This document shows positions 41,869 through 56,086 of a DNA stretch of 64,000 bases, piece by piece. The notes under the pieces were generated by a model, which saw only the letters and a list, made by a program, of their open reading frames with translations, made no database searches and was not told the origin of the DNA. Source of the DNA: the human T2T-CHM13v2.0 reference genome, Homo sapiens; the NCBI RefSeq assembly GCF_009914755.1, contig NC_060930.1, one strand, 5' to 3'. The first letter of the stretch is position 1. The number at the start of each line of letters is the position of its first letter. A program made the position numbers and the translations under genes.

Positions 41869-44800
41869 GTGAATATACACAGCCTCCCTCCAAAGTGTCC
41901 CCCAGTTCCTTACCTGTGCTCACAAATGGGACTGCCTTGTTCCTCATCTGCTGCCCTGCCCTGGCTTTGGTTTATCTCTGGTAGCTGACTGCAAAGCCAT
42001 ATGAAGGAGGTACACAGCTGTCAATGTCCAAAATGAAAACTCCACTGTCCACAGCAAAGGTGCTATCTCAGGGTACTTTAAAAGTTCCCTAATAAGGGAT
42101 ACCAGAACATCTGAGTGCCCAACACAGATGGGCATTAGGGCTTTCTCTCCCATGCTCTTACATACTTTTCTGTACAGCCCAAAATACATTTGAACATTTC
42201 CATCTGCCTATGGTCATTGCCCTTTAAATAAATCCAGTCTACAGATCCACATGGGAAAGGATATCATACTACCCCTTCCCTCTATACTTTATTTTACTGG
42301 CCCTCACACTGATATAAAACAAAAGCAAATAAGTGGAGTCAAACCTATATGTTTGTAAAAGTGTGCTATGTGGGTATGTGTATGCATGAGTCTATGTGTA
42401 TATAGGGAGGGAGTGGATGCAGGGGATATCCAAACTATCAGTATCCAGCCAAAAGTGCCCTGATACACATGGAATACAGCTTAAAGACCACTGGCCGTAG
42501 CGGAAAGAACAACGTCTTGTAACCAGAACAAGGTCAAAATCTTACGTTATTTATAGTGGAGTGGCTTGGATTTTAAGTTACTTCACCTCTTGAAGCATCA
42601 ATTTCTTTATCAGTAATATGGGAATAACAATAATACTTATCTATCAGGATTGATAAGATATAAGATGGTGTCCCTAATGTACTTGGCACTAGTAATTGTT
42701 GCTAAGTATTCTTGGCAAATAATTAAGAAAATGGATCTGATCATTTTCCTAAATATTTGAAATGAGTCTACTCAGCATATGCTTTCTGAAGTGACTTTGT
42801 CTTTTACATTCAAAATCTACTCCTTCTGTAAATGTGTACATGTGCATTTCAGCAGAAATACGAGTATGTGTAGATACACAGAAGAGAAAGATTTTGAATA
42901 TGTGAAATCATTTAATATGTTTGAGTAACACTTCTGTTTATTATGGAGATAAAACATTAACAACTTTTTTGTGTGTGCAAGATCCCACTTAAAAATGACT
43001 TAAACTGAATAAAATATTTTCAAAATATTCCCAACTATCAATCTGTCAGCAAGAGCAGACCTAGGGGAATATTTGCAAAAGCATTTGTGCCTTTTGTTCC
43101 CAAACACCTAGCATGGCTGCAACCAACTTTTATGCTTTATAAGCATTTTTCAGCAAAACAAGCTATTGGAATGAAAATAAGCACTAGAGCTATTGAATAA
43201 GGCAAAAATAATGGAGATGTTGATCATTTTCATTTTTAAAAATGTTGTCAGTTGCTTGTGGCCTATTTGTACCATATGCTCTTCTCTTTATCCCACTTTA
43301 TATCAGACACAGAATGTTCCTCAAAGAGATTTCCTCCTCCTTGCTAATCCATTCATCCTTGCTTTCTCTTAAACAAAGCTTTGCCTGGAATAACTATTTA
43401 GTAACAGAAGGTTTCAGTTTTGCACATAAAGGCTTAAAATTTCTATTTCATTGTTTGCAAAGTTTTAGATTGGAAAAGTATTTCAGAGTGAGAGGGAAAG
43501 TAAAATGTTATCAATGCTCACAAACATTTTGCATTTTTCTGATATTTCTCACTTAAAATATCACTGGAAATGAGATCATCTCTACTCAGGCTGTTTATAC
43601 ATTCATTCTTTCATTCATTTATTCAGTAAATATTTCGTGAGCACCTATTATGTGCCAGCAACTGACAGGTCCTGGAGGAGAACTATGGATAGAGATGGTC
43701 CTTCCCCTGGTGGAGGTTAAAAATGGTCAGAATTGGACAAATTTTTCCTCATAGAGAACACAAAATCTATTCCAGTGAGTTTGTGGTCCAGTGTGGGAAG
43801 CTCGAAATACAGTGGAAACAATACTCTTCCTGTTCCTGTGTGCTGACAGTGTTACTCATTGCTCTCCCACCTTCCACATAAGAAGTCAATTTTATTATTC
43901 TGATTTATTGATTGCAACTTAGCTTAGATACTGTGTATGAAGCAGTTTGTCTAGTGAACCTGATGACTGAATTCAGCGATCTATATTTGTATTTTATACT
44001 TAAATTGACTTACTTATCATTACAATTTCCGTGTTGCATGCAAATGCTTTCCAATAACAGTGGTGTTTTTAGTATTATCCTGGAGAGTTGCCTGTTTTTC
44101 AATTGCTTAGTTTTGTAAAATGGGATTATCACTGTGAACACGACAAAGAAAGCAGTTTGAACAAAGTTCTTAATTCACCACTGTTTGTTTGCTTTTAATT
44201 CAGTATGAAACTGTTAACCTTTACAAAAAGACAACTAAAGAATATGGCTAAATATTTATTTTCATAATCTCTAGTTTCACATATTTGTAAGTCCAGAGCT
44301 GAAATCCTATATCTCCTCTGATGCTCTAGCAGCAGAGTTAATGTACAAACTCCTTTTTTGAACTTTTTCCCTTGACTCAGTCTCTTAATTTTTTATGGCT
44401 CTAAAAAATAAAACGTGAAAAAGCAAAGCCAGATATATTTTATCTTTCATGTCTGACAGATGTTCCCTCACCCATGTTTCATGGGCATAATCTGTCTTTA
44501 GGAAACATGGAGGTGGATGTTTCTGCCAGCAAAGCTTCATGAAAAGAAGGCTGTTTGTCTTGATTAGCAAATCCTTCATAATGAGTTTTAGGGTCACATA
44601 TTATTCAAGTTTCTGGATGAGATTCTACACTGAGTGGTAAAACAATTAGCATAGGACTAAAATATAGAAAGTGGCTATAAGTAGACAAATGGTGATATTG
44701 GACATTCAGATAGACCATGTTCTATCGGTGCCATTTAAACATTTACTATTAAAAAATTATTAGACACACAAAGGTGAAAGCCACCATGACTCAAGAGCAG

Positions 44801-47800
44801 TTTTATTTTTAGGATAGTCATGGAAGCGTAGGTGTTAATATGGATATTTTTAATGAAAAAATAAGAAAAAAATAAATGTGTTAAATGTGGACATGAAACC
44901 AACCAGAGGCTCTAGCTACTGAACTGGTGTCATTATGATTTGCTTTAATTGTCACAGAAGAACAGAAATAGACTGTCTTTTGGTTAAACCTGATCCTATC
45001 TCCTTATAATGCTGGCAGATAGAGCAGTTTTGCCTTTCAGATTTTCACCCAGCTATTTTTAGTTCTCTGAAGCCTGGGAAATAAGAAATATAACCTCCTT
45101 GAAAAATCCAAGTGGGCCAACCATAGCAGGGCCTCTGAATCTGATTAGATAAAACAACAAAGAGGTTCTGTTGGAGCAGAGGCAGGAAGAGCCAAGGTGG
45201 GTGGCAATCTCTGCTTAACTCAGGGGAAATGGAGCCTCAAAGAATTCAAAAGTGGGTGAAAAAAATAACATAAGCAATAGACAACTTTCCCACATCTCAG
45301 GTCACTCTCTAAATACAGCTAGAAAAATTTTCCCCACGCTAAACTTTTTAAAAAATTTTTGAAGTATAATAAACAGTATGTGAATGTATGTTTATCCTAA
45401 GCACCACACTGAGAGAGATAGTCACTCTCTAGTAACGTTTGTGCTCAATATTAACCAGTTCTCATCCCTCTTATGAACTTAGAAGGTAAATGAGAACAAC
45501 ATTTAAGTTATAAAAATGGATATTTGTTTTAAACTTCAAAATATGATACCAAAGTTATAATTTAATGCAGCCTTTTTCTTCAGTTATTAAAATGGAAGTG
45601 CATCATGGGAGTAAGAGGGTGGGTAGAAGTCCTGCCTCCAAGTAGAGTTAAGAAATAAAGTCTGTTCCACTTCTGCCACTTGGTTTCCTGGAATCAGTTT
45701 GCCAGATTTTAGCTTGGTGAATGCCAGGCAGAGTCTGACCAGAAAAGTGGGGGTGGCTGATGTGCTGACAGTTGTCATCAATAGCTTTCCACAGAGCTTG
45801 AATAAGTGACGTTATGCATCCCCAGCATCGCCACACTGCAAAAGAAAACAAATAACAGGGGGCTGGGCACTGAAATACAAGATAGTGGACATCTGGCATC
45901 TCCTGTGCATTAGAAGTCACTGAAATACCCTGCAGTTTAGTTTCACTTTTTAAAATGGGATAATTGCCTTACATCTCACATTCATTTGGTAACTTGAAAA
46001 ATCACTCCAAACTCTTATCCATTTCCTCCTAATAGTGCCAATGTCCGTGGTTAAAACTGCAGAAAAGCTACAAAGAGTCAAATTACGGTAAGGCATTTAA
46101 TTTATTTTTTAGATACAAGTAAAATCAGCCCTGCTAAATTTCCTCTTTTTTCTGTTTCTCAACTTCTCTTTTCACTTATCAACACCATGATTCTTCTTTA
46201 ACATGTCATGAACAGCTGAGAGGTGCTGTATCAGATGCTGGAGAGAGTTTTAGTGTAGGAACTGGAATGGGCTTGGGCCAGGGAATCCTACAGATTGTTC
46301 AGAGGGCTAGGAGTCATTCCAGGCAAAGAAGAGGAGGAGTGAGACAGTGTGGTGGGCTCACCCAACACCCCAGCAGGTCCCGTGACTCTCCCAGATCCCT
46401 CTTGTCAGCCAGCCCTCTTTCAGCTGTTCTCTGTGGCGTAAGTGGGTTTTTTATGTGCAGTTCCGAGTTCTGTGACAGTTGTGAATGCTGTGAGACATCC
46501 AGCCGTAAATGAACAATTGTTTCATGTGCACTCCTTCAAACCCAAAAGAGAGCCAATGATGGGCCCAAAGTGTAGAGGTAGAGACACTTCCTGGCGTCCC
46601 TGACATGATGGCATTGAGCAACTAGTCTAAACCAACTGGGTTTGGTGATTTTGTCTCTTTCCTGTGCCTCCCTGTGTGGTGCATATGAGAAGGGGACCCG
46701 GTATTTGCATCTCAGTGCCACTGTGGTTCTGTCAGTTTAGAGATTCCTGGAGTCAGACACAGAAATCCGATAGCTCCTCTCTAGGCATCTATACCTTTCT
46801 GAATTTTGGATCACAGATACTCTTAGACAAAGGCATTGGGAAAGTTCTAGTATTAAAATATTACACGATGTTTTATATCATGCTCTCACTGTTACCCAAA
46901 GAAAATACATTGACAAAATGTGTCTGTCTTGTGAAATATATAATATTCACTGCTAACTTCCACTTCTATCAGGCCAGATTCTGTGATCTTCTGCACAGAA
47001 GTGTTCTGGCTGTGGCTGGCAACTCTGTCTAAAGTATCATGTATTACTTGTAAAGTAGACTATTTTCACTGAGAAGTCTTGAGTGCCTATTCAAAATATA
47101 CACTCAAAGTAGAAATCATGGAAGGCATGAGCTAACTCTAAACATTACATGAACGTTCTAGATAAAACTGCATGAAAGTGTTAAAATTGATTATGCAGTT
47201 ATCTATGAACCCAAAGCACATTAGAAAAATAATAACTTTCAAGGAAAAGAAAAAAAAAAGAAAAATGATAACTTTCTAGTCATTGGTTTCCCCATCTTCA
47301 AAATAAAACACACTACTTTTAGGGAGATTTTGAGTTTACAAAGGATATTCACACATGTTATCATTTTGATCCTCTGAAGAGTTTGGGCTGGATGGTTTAT
47401 AAGCTCCTCCTAGCTTTAAACTTTGATTACTCTGTGGCTGTTCTATTAAAGAATACAGACTGGAAGGTGGTTTCTAACATCAAGAACAATAAAAGAAACT
47501 GACCCCATGCAATAGAGTGAAGTACAAATGCTCTTCATAAAGTCTTCATAGCCTTTAGATAGCACTTTTTAAATTGCCATCTGGTGCTCAGGCTTTTTGT
47601 TTAAAGGGTCAGAGACTCATCATCTGAAGATTCCGAAGTGGAGGAGACAGTCTGTCAGTGCCCTGGGAGCCAGAGCAGCTGAGCATTTGAAGTCAGGCAG
47701 CCACCCACATGGTGCCAAATTTGCCGCCATGGAATTGGCTGTGCAAGCTCTAAATGAGAGCACAAAGGATATGACACCTGTCATTCCATTTATTCCCTTT

Positions 47801-50469
47801 CTTTCAGCATCGTTTTTGCTAATCACTTCTTAACTCTGTCAATTTAAGAAATAAACACGTCTCTGACTGAGCCCTCAAAGACTCTCTAAAATGTGTCTTG
47901 AAAATAATACCCAGATTAAGATTACAAACCAGGCTATTCCCTTTGTAGTTGCAGGCTTTTTGAAAGCGGTCATTTCCCTCATGTGATAAAAACCTGAAAC
48001 ATATTCAAAGAAATAAGAATTTCATCATGTTTGTCAGGATCAATAGAATCTTGACCAGTACTTAGGAAATACTTCCATTGCAAGAAATTCTCTCAAGCTT
48101 CTTGTTCTGACCTAAAAAAATTATTTAACCAGTATTATGAAATGGTCCCACTTTAGAGGTGATATAAAGTAAGGCACAAGTAAGATGGTTTATTTACAAG
48201 GAAAGACTTTTGCAATATGACAACGTTAATTGTAGCTCTAGTAGGATGCACACAGAATTAAAAAAATTCTTCCTTGAATATTCCTAGGGTAAGCTTGAAG
48301 TCTTTTAAAGTTCAAGACTATTCTTTAACTATTGTGTGGATTACTAATTCTATATTCTGTAGAGTTACGTAAGCAGTACTCTTAAGTACCAGAGCAAAGA
48401 TGCAATGGTTGACTCATCTTCGAGTTTGGGTTACATGTGTGGCATTGTGTTTTTGAATGGAGCTTTCTGGAATGGCAACACTCCATCAAAAACACAATAG
48501 CACACCTGTACTCCAAATGGCTGAATAAGGCAAAACATATGACATGAAAATTCTGGGAATCATATTAAAAAGAAAGAAAAAAATTCCTCTAAGCTATAGC
48601 AAAGATAAAGATAATACTAAGGCACTAATACACATGAAGAATAGAGCGTTTTACATATGTTGCTCATGAAATGATTTATCTATCATTTAACCTCCGCCCA
48701 TTAGCCATGTTTGTTCCGTGTGATGTTGACATGAGCACCACATACATTGTATGTGAAACGTTGCTCAGATGGATGTTCTATCCCAAAAAATAAATTATCA
48801 TCACAGATTGCACAATGAGAAATGACTGCTGCTTATTTTCCAAAGGCTCTAAAACATCAAGAAAAAGGCAAAAAGTGGCTTTTTTTTCTGGAATTTTCAG
48901 TGGGAACTGATGGTGTATAATATATTTGCTATGTTAAGGGGGGATGTTTTAAATTAGTGCTTAATATTAAAAGGGAAAATTTATGTCATTGTTTTTTACA
49001 AAAAAAAAAACCTCACATATTACCTTTCCAATCTAATGAATTCTTACTCATACCTCCTGGAGGGAAGAGCTAATAGTGTTCATTTGGTTGTGCTTTTACA
49101 TACTTAATTTTTTTGTAGGTATCAGTTAAAACAATTGTAATAGAGATTTTTCTATGTGTTTGTATAGCCATCTTTTTTGCTTCATTGATTGCACAAAATC
49201 ATTTTTGCATGTAAAGAAGTACAAGCAGGCAGGTGTAAAAATAGAACTCTGATAGATAAAAAGCTTATTTCTATCTATCAAAAGATTGATTGTTAACAGC
49301 TGAGTTTGGGTTTTGTTCACTAAAACTTGTTAAATTATAGACCTTTTTCGTGTGGTTATCTATACAGACCCATATTGTTTTTCTTCATTACGTAGATAAT
49401 AAAAGCATATTGCTCATTGGGTAATATGCTTATAATTTTTTTTTCAAATAATGCTTTTATGTTGAGATTGCACTAGATTTTTATTTTAATCAGCTGCCTT
49501 CTCACTGTGCTCCATGCATTACAATTATGAGATAGCTGCCTATCAATCCAGGTCTGCTCCTTGCTGTGGTCTGAAACACTGTTAAGGAAAATTAACAACA
49601 GAGTTTGAAAATCCAGCTTTCTAATAACTCTGCGCACATTGAGCAGTTTTCATGCAGAACCCCAAAGTTTGGCGACAAACACTTACTTTTTTCTCTACAG
49701 AAATATCATCAGAAAAATGATTATTAGAAACAACTACTTTTTATGTTGGGTACTCAGGAAACACACTCACAGCCTCTAATTTGGAAGTTTGGTGCCACCA
49801 CAATCTTTATCGAGAAACATGTGGCTGGCAACTGAGAAGGTAGGAAAAGTCGTATGGATTAAAGGAAATAAATTAAAAGCTGATTTATATAAATCTTGAG
49901 GGCTACTTGCACCTGGAATCATTTTCCTGGTAGTATGTACAATTGGGCTTTCTCCTTTTTAAAGTATCCTGGCTGCAGGATGAAAATTGCTATTTTTGAG
50001 TAAAATACTATGCAAATCTTTCATTTGGTGTGGTGACTAGAAAAACATTTTTTTTTCTTGTTGAGATTTTCAAGAAGTACCAGGATATTTTTGCCAGAGA
50101 CTGCCAAATTTTTCTTCTGCAAATCTTTGATCCCAGACTGAAATTCTCTCCTTGCGTGTTTTCTTTAGCTTTCACTGAATCAGTTTAACTTAGCCCATGT
50201 TTCATATTCGTAGAAAATTTGGAGAATTGACACAGACTGAGTTTGGTAGAGATAATCCGGACATGGTGTAAGAAGTTTTAAGGCATTTAAGAAGAGATGG
50301 TTTTGAGGGCACTACATGTTCTTAATTTGTCCATAGGACAATAGAAATAAACATTACAATTTTCTGTTCATACTATGTTTAGGGAGAAAATAAAAGGATA
50401 ATATTGCTATTTGGAACTCCTACATTATCATAGCATTCTGCTAAATAATTTATATGCACTATCCGATAA

Positions 50470-50830
50470 TATGAACATTTATTAACATTTGCTATGTGTC
50501 AAACGCTGGCTGAAGCCCTTCACACGTATTACCTCACTGAATTCTCACAGGACCCTATTAGGTATTTTGTTATTTTCATTTTATAGATGAGGAAACTGGA
50601 GCTGACAGGATGTAGAACTCCTAACCATTGGACTAAATTGCTTCTCTATACTATTCTATTATCTTACTGAATATCTGTAATACCCTGCAAGATAAGCATA
50701 ATTATTCCCTTTTATATATGAGAATACTGGAAGCTCAGAAATTCAGTAACTTCCCCAAAGTCATACAGCTAGGTAGAGCCAGAATTTAATCCAGGACTGA
50801 GTGATGCTGAAGCTCATGTTTTCCCTATCA
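50470..50830. mobile_element. Two adjacent MIR fragments
   Basis: MIR cores ttttatagatgaggaaactg and aacttccccaaagtcatacagctag..gagccagaattt. Confidence 0.7.
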
Positions 50831-53589
50831 CAATAGGTCTACTTTTGCTAGAAGGCCAAGTCAATGACTTTAGAGAACATGTCCTATAAGCATGGTGCTG
50901 GGAAGGCTCTGGGACAAGAAGCATAAGGCAGTGTGGCAAGGGCGGTGCAGTCTGCCCTGAACTGTAGCCTGTACACATGGTTCAAATTGGCCGTCTTACC
51001 CATGCTGCAAGGTCAATGCCGAGAGAGGATTGAGAATTTCAGAGCGGCTTGCTTCCCAGAGTGGACATGCGCCTTTAGACAGGCTCTTTATGGAAATCCC
51101 GCTGGGATTTCCACATAGCACACATATTTGTAATGCCTTCTCCTGCCTCAGGCTACAAGGGTGCTTTGTAGTTAGAACCTAGTTCATTTTAGAATCCCAT
51201 CTGGTCTTTGGTGAAGCACATTGGAGAAAGTGAACTACAGATTGACCCCCAACCCAGAAAATATTTTCATGATTCCCATTTCCATAAGGTCACAAGAGTG
51301 TATGAGAATAGAATTTTTGGCAGGAAGTAAAAATCCATACTCCCAGAAATATTCTTCTCTTTAGTTCTAACTATATCTCTTTGGACCTAACTACTTGTAA
51401 GAGGCAACAAGTAGAGACCAGTGCAGAAAACATCCCACTGTTTCTACAGCAGTAGGTTAAAGAGAAAAGGCAACATATTCCAACCTCTCAATGTTCTAGT
51501 CTTACAGAAATAAAATTTCACCAATCACTTATGTAACCATAATATTTTTGTATTGTGGGGCTTCCTACCACTTTGGGGGGTTTATAATAAGCAAACATAA
51601 TAAAATACACATTTAGAGCCACTAGTCTTATTGATTTGTGAATACAAATGTACACATTACCAATATGGCCCCTTCTAGTTTGCATTGTTTTCCAAGTTTA
51701 TGGGCACTATAAGATTTGTGCCCCTGCTGTCCTTCTTAGAAGAAATCATCTCATTTATTGAGTGACTAACCTTCTTTGATTTACAAAGTAGAGATTAATG
51801 TAACTTCATTTACAAATTGAATCCAGCAAACACAAATAAGTCATGTGAATCTGGCTCCATTGTGATAGAGGGTCATCAGCCCACCATGGCCAAATTCTGA
51901 AGTCTTTTGGAGCAGAAGTTTTTAACTTTAAGTCTGCAGCAAAAAGATAGAATTTGTTGGATCCATAAACCCTTGAAAGTGAATGCAAAATTTTATGTCT
52001 GTTAACTGTAGCACAGACCACAGCATTCATCAGAGTCTGCGAAGGACCTATGACTCCCCAAAAAAAGATGACTGAGAGATGCATAGTTCTTTTAGCGTTA
52101 CCTTCTTTCTCTCAGACAGAATTAAAGATGATGCAAACAGAAGCACAACAATTAAAAAAAAGGAAAGCTCCCTTTTTAAAAAGAATATTTTCCTCATAGA
52201 GTATGTTATTCTTTTTGCATGCAAACGGTGTTGTGTATTAAAATGGAGATGTCCACTTCCTTTTATTGTGCAAAGGTTAAATTCTGAGAATAATACACAA
52301 ATTCTGAGAATAAAATTCTGAGAATAATACACAAAATAAGTGTGTAGGATGGATAGAATTCTCCAGCTGTTTCTTAACTAGAAATGAGACATATTCAGTA
52401 ACATTTCTAGAAAAAATTCAAATGACTCACATATCATTCATAAATAGCTACTGCAGTTTGCAAAATTAAATCACATTCTAAGTGGTTCTTCACATTGGAA
52501 GAATAAATACTGTTTGTGCTCTTTAGGATGGATATAAAAATACAAATTAGAATTAAAGATTAATTTGTAAGAACCATTCCCCTACCAAAATCTTCAGAAA
52601 AACTCTCAAAAATAATAATTCAGACAGGCTGCAACTTCTATGCAAAGTTTTTTAAATGAGCATCCTTTCAGGAGGCGTTCGCTGCAGCCATGAGCCAAGA
52701 ATTCTCTTTTCTCCTTGTGACTGTTGGCATTTCCTTCCTCTTGTGCCCTTCCTGTCTTCCTTCCCTGCTGCTTGGCACCATTTGCACCACCACTCTCTTG
52801 ACATTTCACGTTTTTTGCCTCCCCAGGATGAGTGTCCTGTGGTTCCCTGGGACAGAGGTGGCATTGACATGAGGAAGGGGAGAAAAGGATGTAAGTACAA
52901 CCTTGTTGCCTTGCCATGTGTGCCATTGCTTCTCCAACCGTGGCTGCTTCCCAAGTATCATCAGTTACATTCCAGCTTCTGAGTCCCCTGTTACCATCTC
53001 AGTCTTTTACTTGCTTTTCTCTTAAGGGCCCCACTGTCATAACATGCTCAGCATGAGATGGTTTTTCTCTTGAATATAGGCAAATCTTGCTTCAATCTTT
53101 TCTTTTGTTAATATTTATTTATTATTATTATTATTTTTTATTATACTTTAAGTTCTAGGGTACATGTGTACAAAAGACCCTTAGTTAACAAGCATGCTGA
53201 ACCCTCCCTCCCAGTGACATGGCTTGTGTTGTTTTCTTAGCCTCTATGTTTATCTGCTTGGCTGCCTCACTTTTTCAGGCCTCTGATAAAATTATCTCAT
53301 CAGTTGGCCTTCCCACATCATCATTCTATATCTCCCTTAACTTGCTTCCTATTTATTCACAGTACTTTTATCATCACATTACAATAATCTATGTATTTGT
53401 TTATTATTTGTCTCTTCCTATCAGAATGAGAGCAAGGACTCTGTTTTTCTTTACTGCTCAATGCAGAGCATGTAGTAGGCACCTAAAATAGTTACTAAAT
53501 ATATTGAATAAATAAACAACACATAACAATGCTTTGTAGTTTATAAAGTATTTTCATATTTGCTGCTTTAATTAATCCATCCCAAATCC

Positions 53590-53880
53590 TTATTTTTTTT
53601 TAAATTTATTTTAAATTTTTGAAAAGGAATTTCGGGGGTACGAGTGCATTTTTGTTGTATGGATATACTGCGTAGTGGTGAAATCTGTACTTTTAGTGTA
53701 ACCATCACTGGAATAGTGTACATTGTGCCCATTAGGTAATTTCTCATTCCTCACCCTGCTCCCAACCTCTTACCCTTACAAGTCTTTGGTGTTATTATTC
53801 CACTATCTGTGTCCATTTGTACACATTATTTAGCTCCCACTTGTAAGTGAGGACATGAGATATTTCACTTTCTGCCAAAC
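53590..53880 (-). mobile_element. L1PB/old L1PA 3' end fragment
   Basis: gggggtacgagtgcatttttgttgtatggatata..ttagctcccacttgtaagtgaggacatg. Confidence 0.85.
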
Positions 53881-54979
53881 ATTTATTTGTTATTCTCATC
53901 TTCTCAATGAGAAACCCAAGGTTCTTTTTTTTTTTTTAAACAAAGGAAAGAACAATCGCATTTCTTTTTCTTCAAGCCCTTGTGTTGCTATTTGGAGATT
54001 TAGGCAATAGAAGGAGAAGGGTCACTGCCTGGGACAGGCCAAATGGTATTGACCTTGGTAGGGTTTCTATATCCCAGGGATTGATTTTCAACATTAGAAC
54101 CAAACATTTTATGTTAAGATAAGTATAGGTATTGTTATTCCAAGGAAATAAATAATCAGATTCATAAAAGTCTGATGTATAAGAACAATAATTCCAATGA
54201 ATTAATTTGTGATGAGAAACTGCTATTTAGTAGACCAGCTACTTCCGGTCACTGATCATTATATTCTTTCCCTACAGACAAGACTTTATAGAAGCAAAAT
54301 TATAATTAGAAAGTTGCTTGGTAAGCATGAAAACAAAGGAAGGAGGGCTAAATGATTTCAATAACTGTGTCATAAACCTATAGTAGTTAATAATAATAAT
54401 AGCCAACAGTATTGAGCTCTTACTACATGCCAGCCATTTTGCAAATTACATGATTTACATTTATATATGATAAAACTATTTGCAGATGATGATATAAAGA
54501 TCGAGGAGTTTAAGTGACTGTATAAATCACACAGCTGATAGGTGATAGAGCCAGGATTTAGCCAGAGGTCATTTTGAATCTAAGACTCATGTGCTTCACA
54601 CTCTATTACCCAAGGGTGATGCCTCCTCCTCTAGAGGGTGTATTTGGAGGACAGAGTACCTCTTTCTTGAACAGTGATATAATCATCCTGTCAATATTGA
54701 TCTTTCTGTCTTATTCTCTTTCCCATACTTCCACTGGTGATGTGCACTCTCCTTCTGACAGAAATACCCTGTATTTGACAATATCAAATATCCATAATTG
54801 GGTTACAGCAACGTCTGAAAGCAATTCTATCTCTCTAAGTCAGGTATCTGAATTCTGATACCAAACTTAGGTCCATCTTTGAATTCCTCTTTTGTAGTTT
54901 AATTTCTAGAACATATTTGTTCCTCATTCTCAAGTTCTTCAGTTACACTACCTGCTGTGCTGCTCAATCGTGAATGTAC

Positions 54980-55135
54980 TTCAGAAATTCTCAACCCTGG
55001 CTGCACAGTAGAAGCATCTTGGGAGGTTAAAAAAATATTGTTATGAGGCCTAACAATAGACCAATTAAGTGAGAATGCAAGAGTGGGAATGGACTCTATA
55101 GTAAAAAAAAAAAATCTCCTTAGGTGTTTTAAAAA
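54980..55135. mobile_element. MER5A-like hAT MITE
   Basis: ttctcaaccctggctgcacagtagaagcatcttgggag..gaccaattaagtgagaat. Confidence 0.65.
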
Positions 55136-55309
55136 TAAGAACAAGCTTACTCTACTACATATTATGCCCCTTAATATCTATACATAATTAGGACATTCTC
55201 TAAACTTTTTAATTAATTTAGTTGGTGGTAATGGTGTGCTGACAATATACAGTTAAGTTACCTTTACTTGTGAAGTTAAATTTCCTCCTTAATTTTAATG
55301 AAACTCTCT

Positions 55310-55542
55310 ATTATTATTATTTTTAGAGATGGGGTATTGCTCTGTCACCCAGGATGGAATGCAGTGGCACAATCATAGCTCACTACTACCTTGAACTCCT
55401 GGGCTCAAGCAATCCAATCCTCTTGCCTCAGCCTTCTGAGTAACTAGTAACTACCGGCAAGTGCCACCATGTCTGGCTAATTTTTCTTTTTTTTTGGTAG
55501 ACAACGGGGTCTCACTATGTTGCCTAGGCTAGTCTTGAACTA
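55310..55542 (-). mobile_element. Truncated AluJ
   Basis: Right arm plus partial left arm, J-type catagctcactac..gggctcaagcaatcc. Confidence 0.85.
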
Positions 55543-56086
55543 AAACTCTTAATATAGATTTTTAAATGTGACTTTTGTGCAACCAATATTGAGAACTATT
55601 GGGTCTTTGTATGGACAAATGTGGTCCATTTTCCTGGGGCATGAATTCTACTCAAATATGTAGAAGAAAATGTTAGTTTTATTAAGACAAATTCAGGTAT
55701 GTTATAGATTTTTTCACTCACAATTTACATAAATTTTAAAGATTAATTCCTAAGACTTCAAAGAAATTTCTTGCTTGTGTTGGCTTTTTTACTGACCAAC
55801 TTAGTCTCTCTTTGGAAATTCCACAGTAAAGTAACAGTAGTGGAAGTTTTGGGAAGCAGTACTAAAATTAACATCATTCATTGTAGACAGTATAGTCATG
55901 AAACAGAGACAAACTTTCGTATTTAATGGCAGAAATGAAAATGGAAAATCATTTAATGAAAAATAGGGACCTTATATCAATATTCACTTAGCAAGTAAAT
56001 CACTCAAGAGACATGCATACCAGGACATCTTAGGCTCTGGTGATATACAGATCAATTGAACTGCAGAAGCTTGCAGGGTAGTAATA

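Noticed and set aside
52606-52982. Cluster of ~100 aa ORFs on both strands
   Set aside because: No recognisable protein or splice support; more likely an old LTR/MER remnant or chance.
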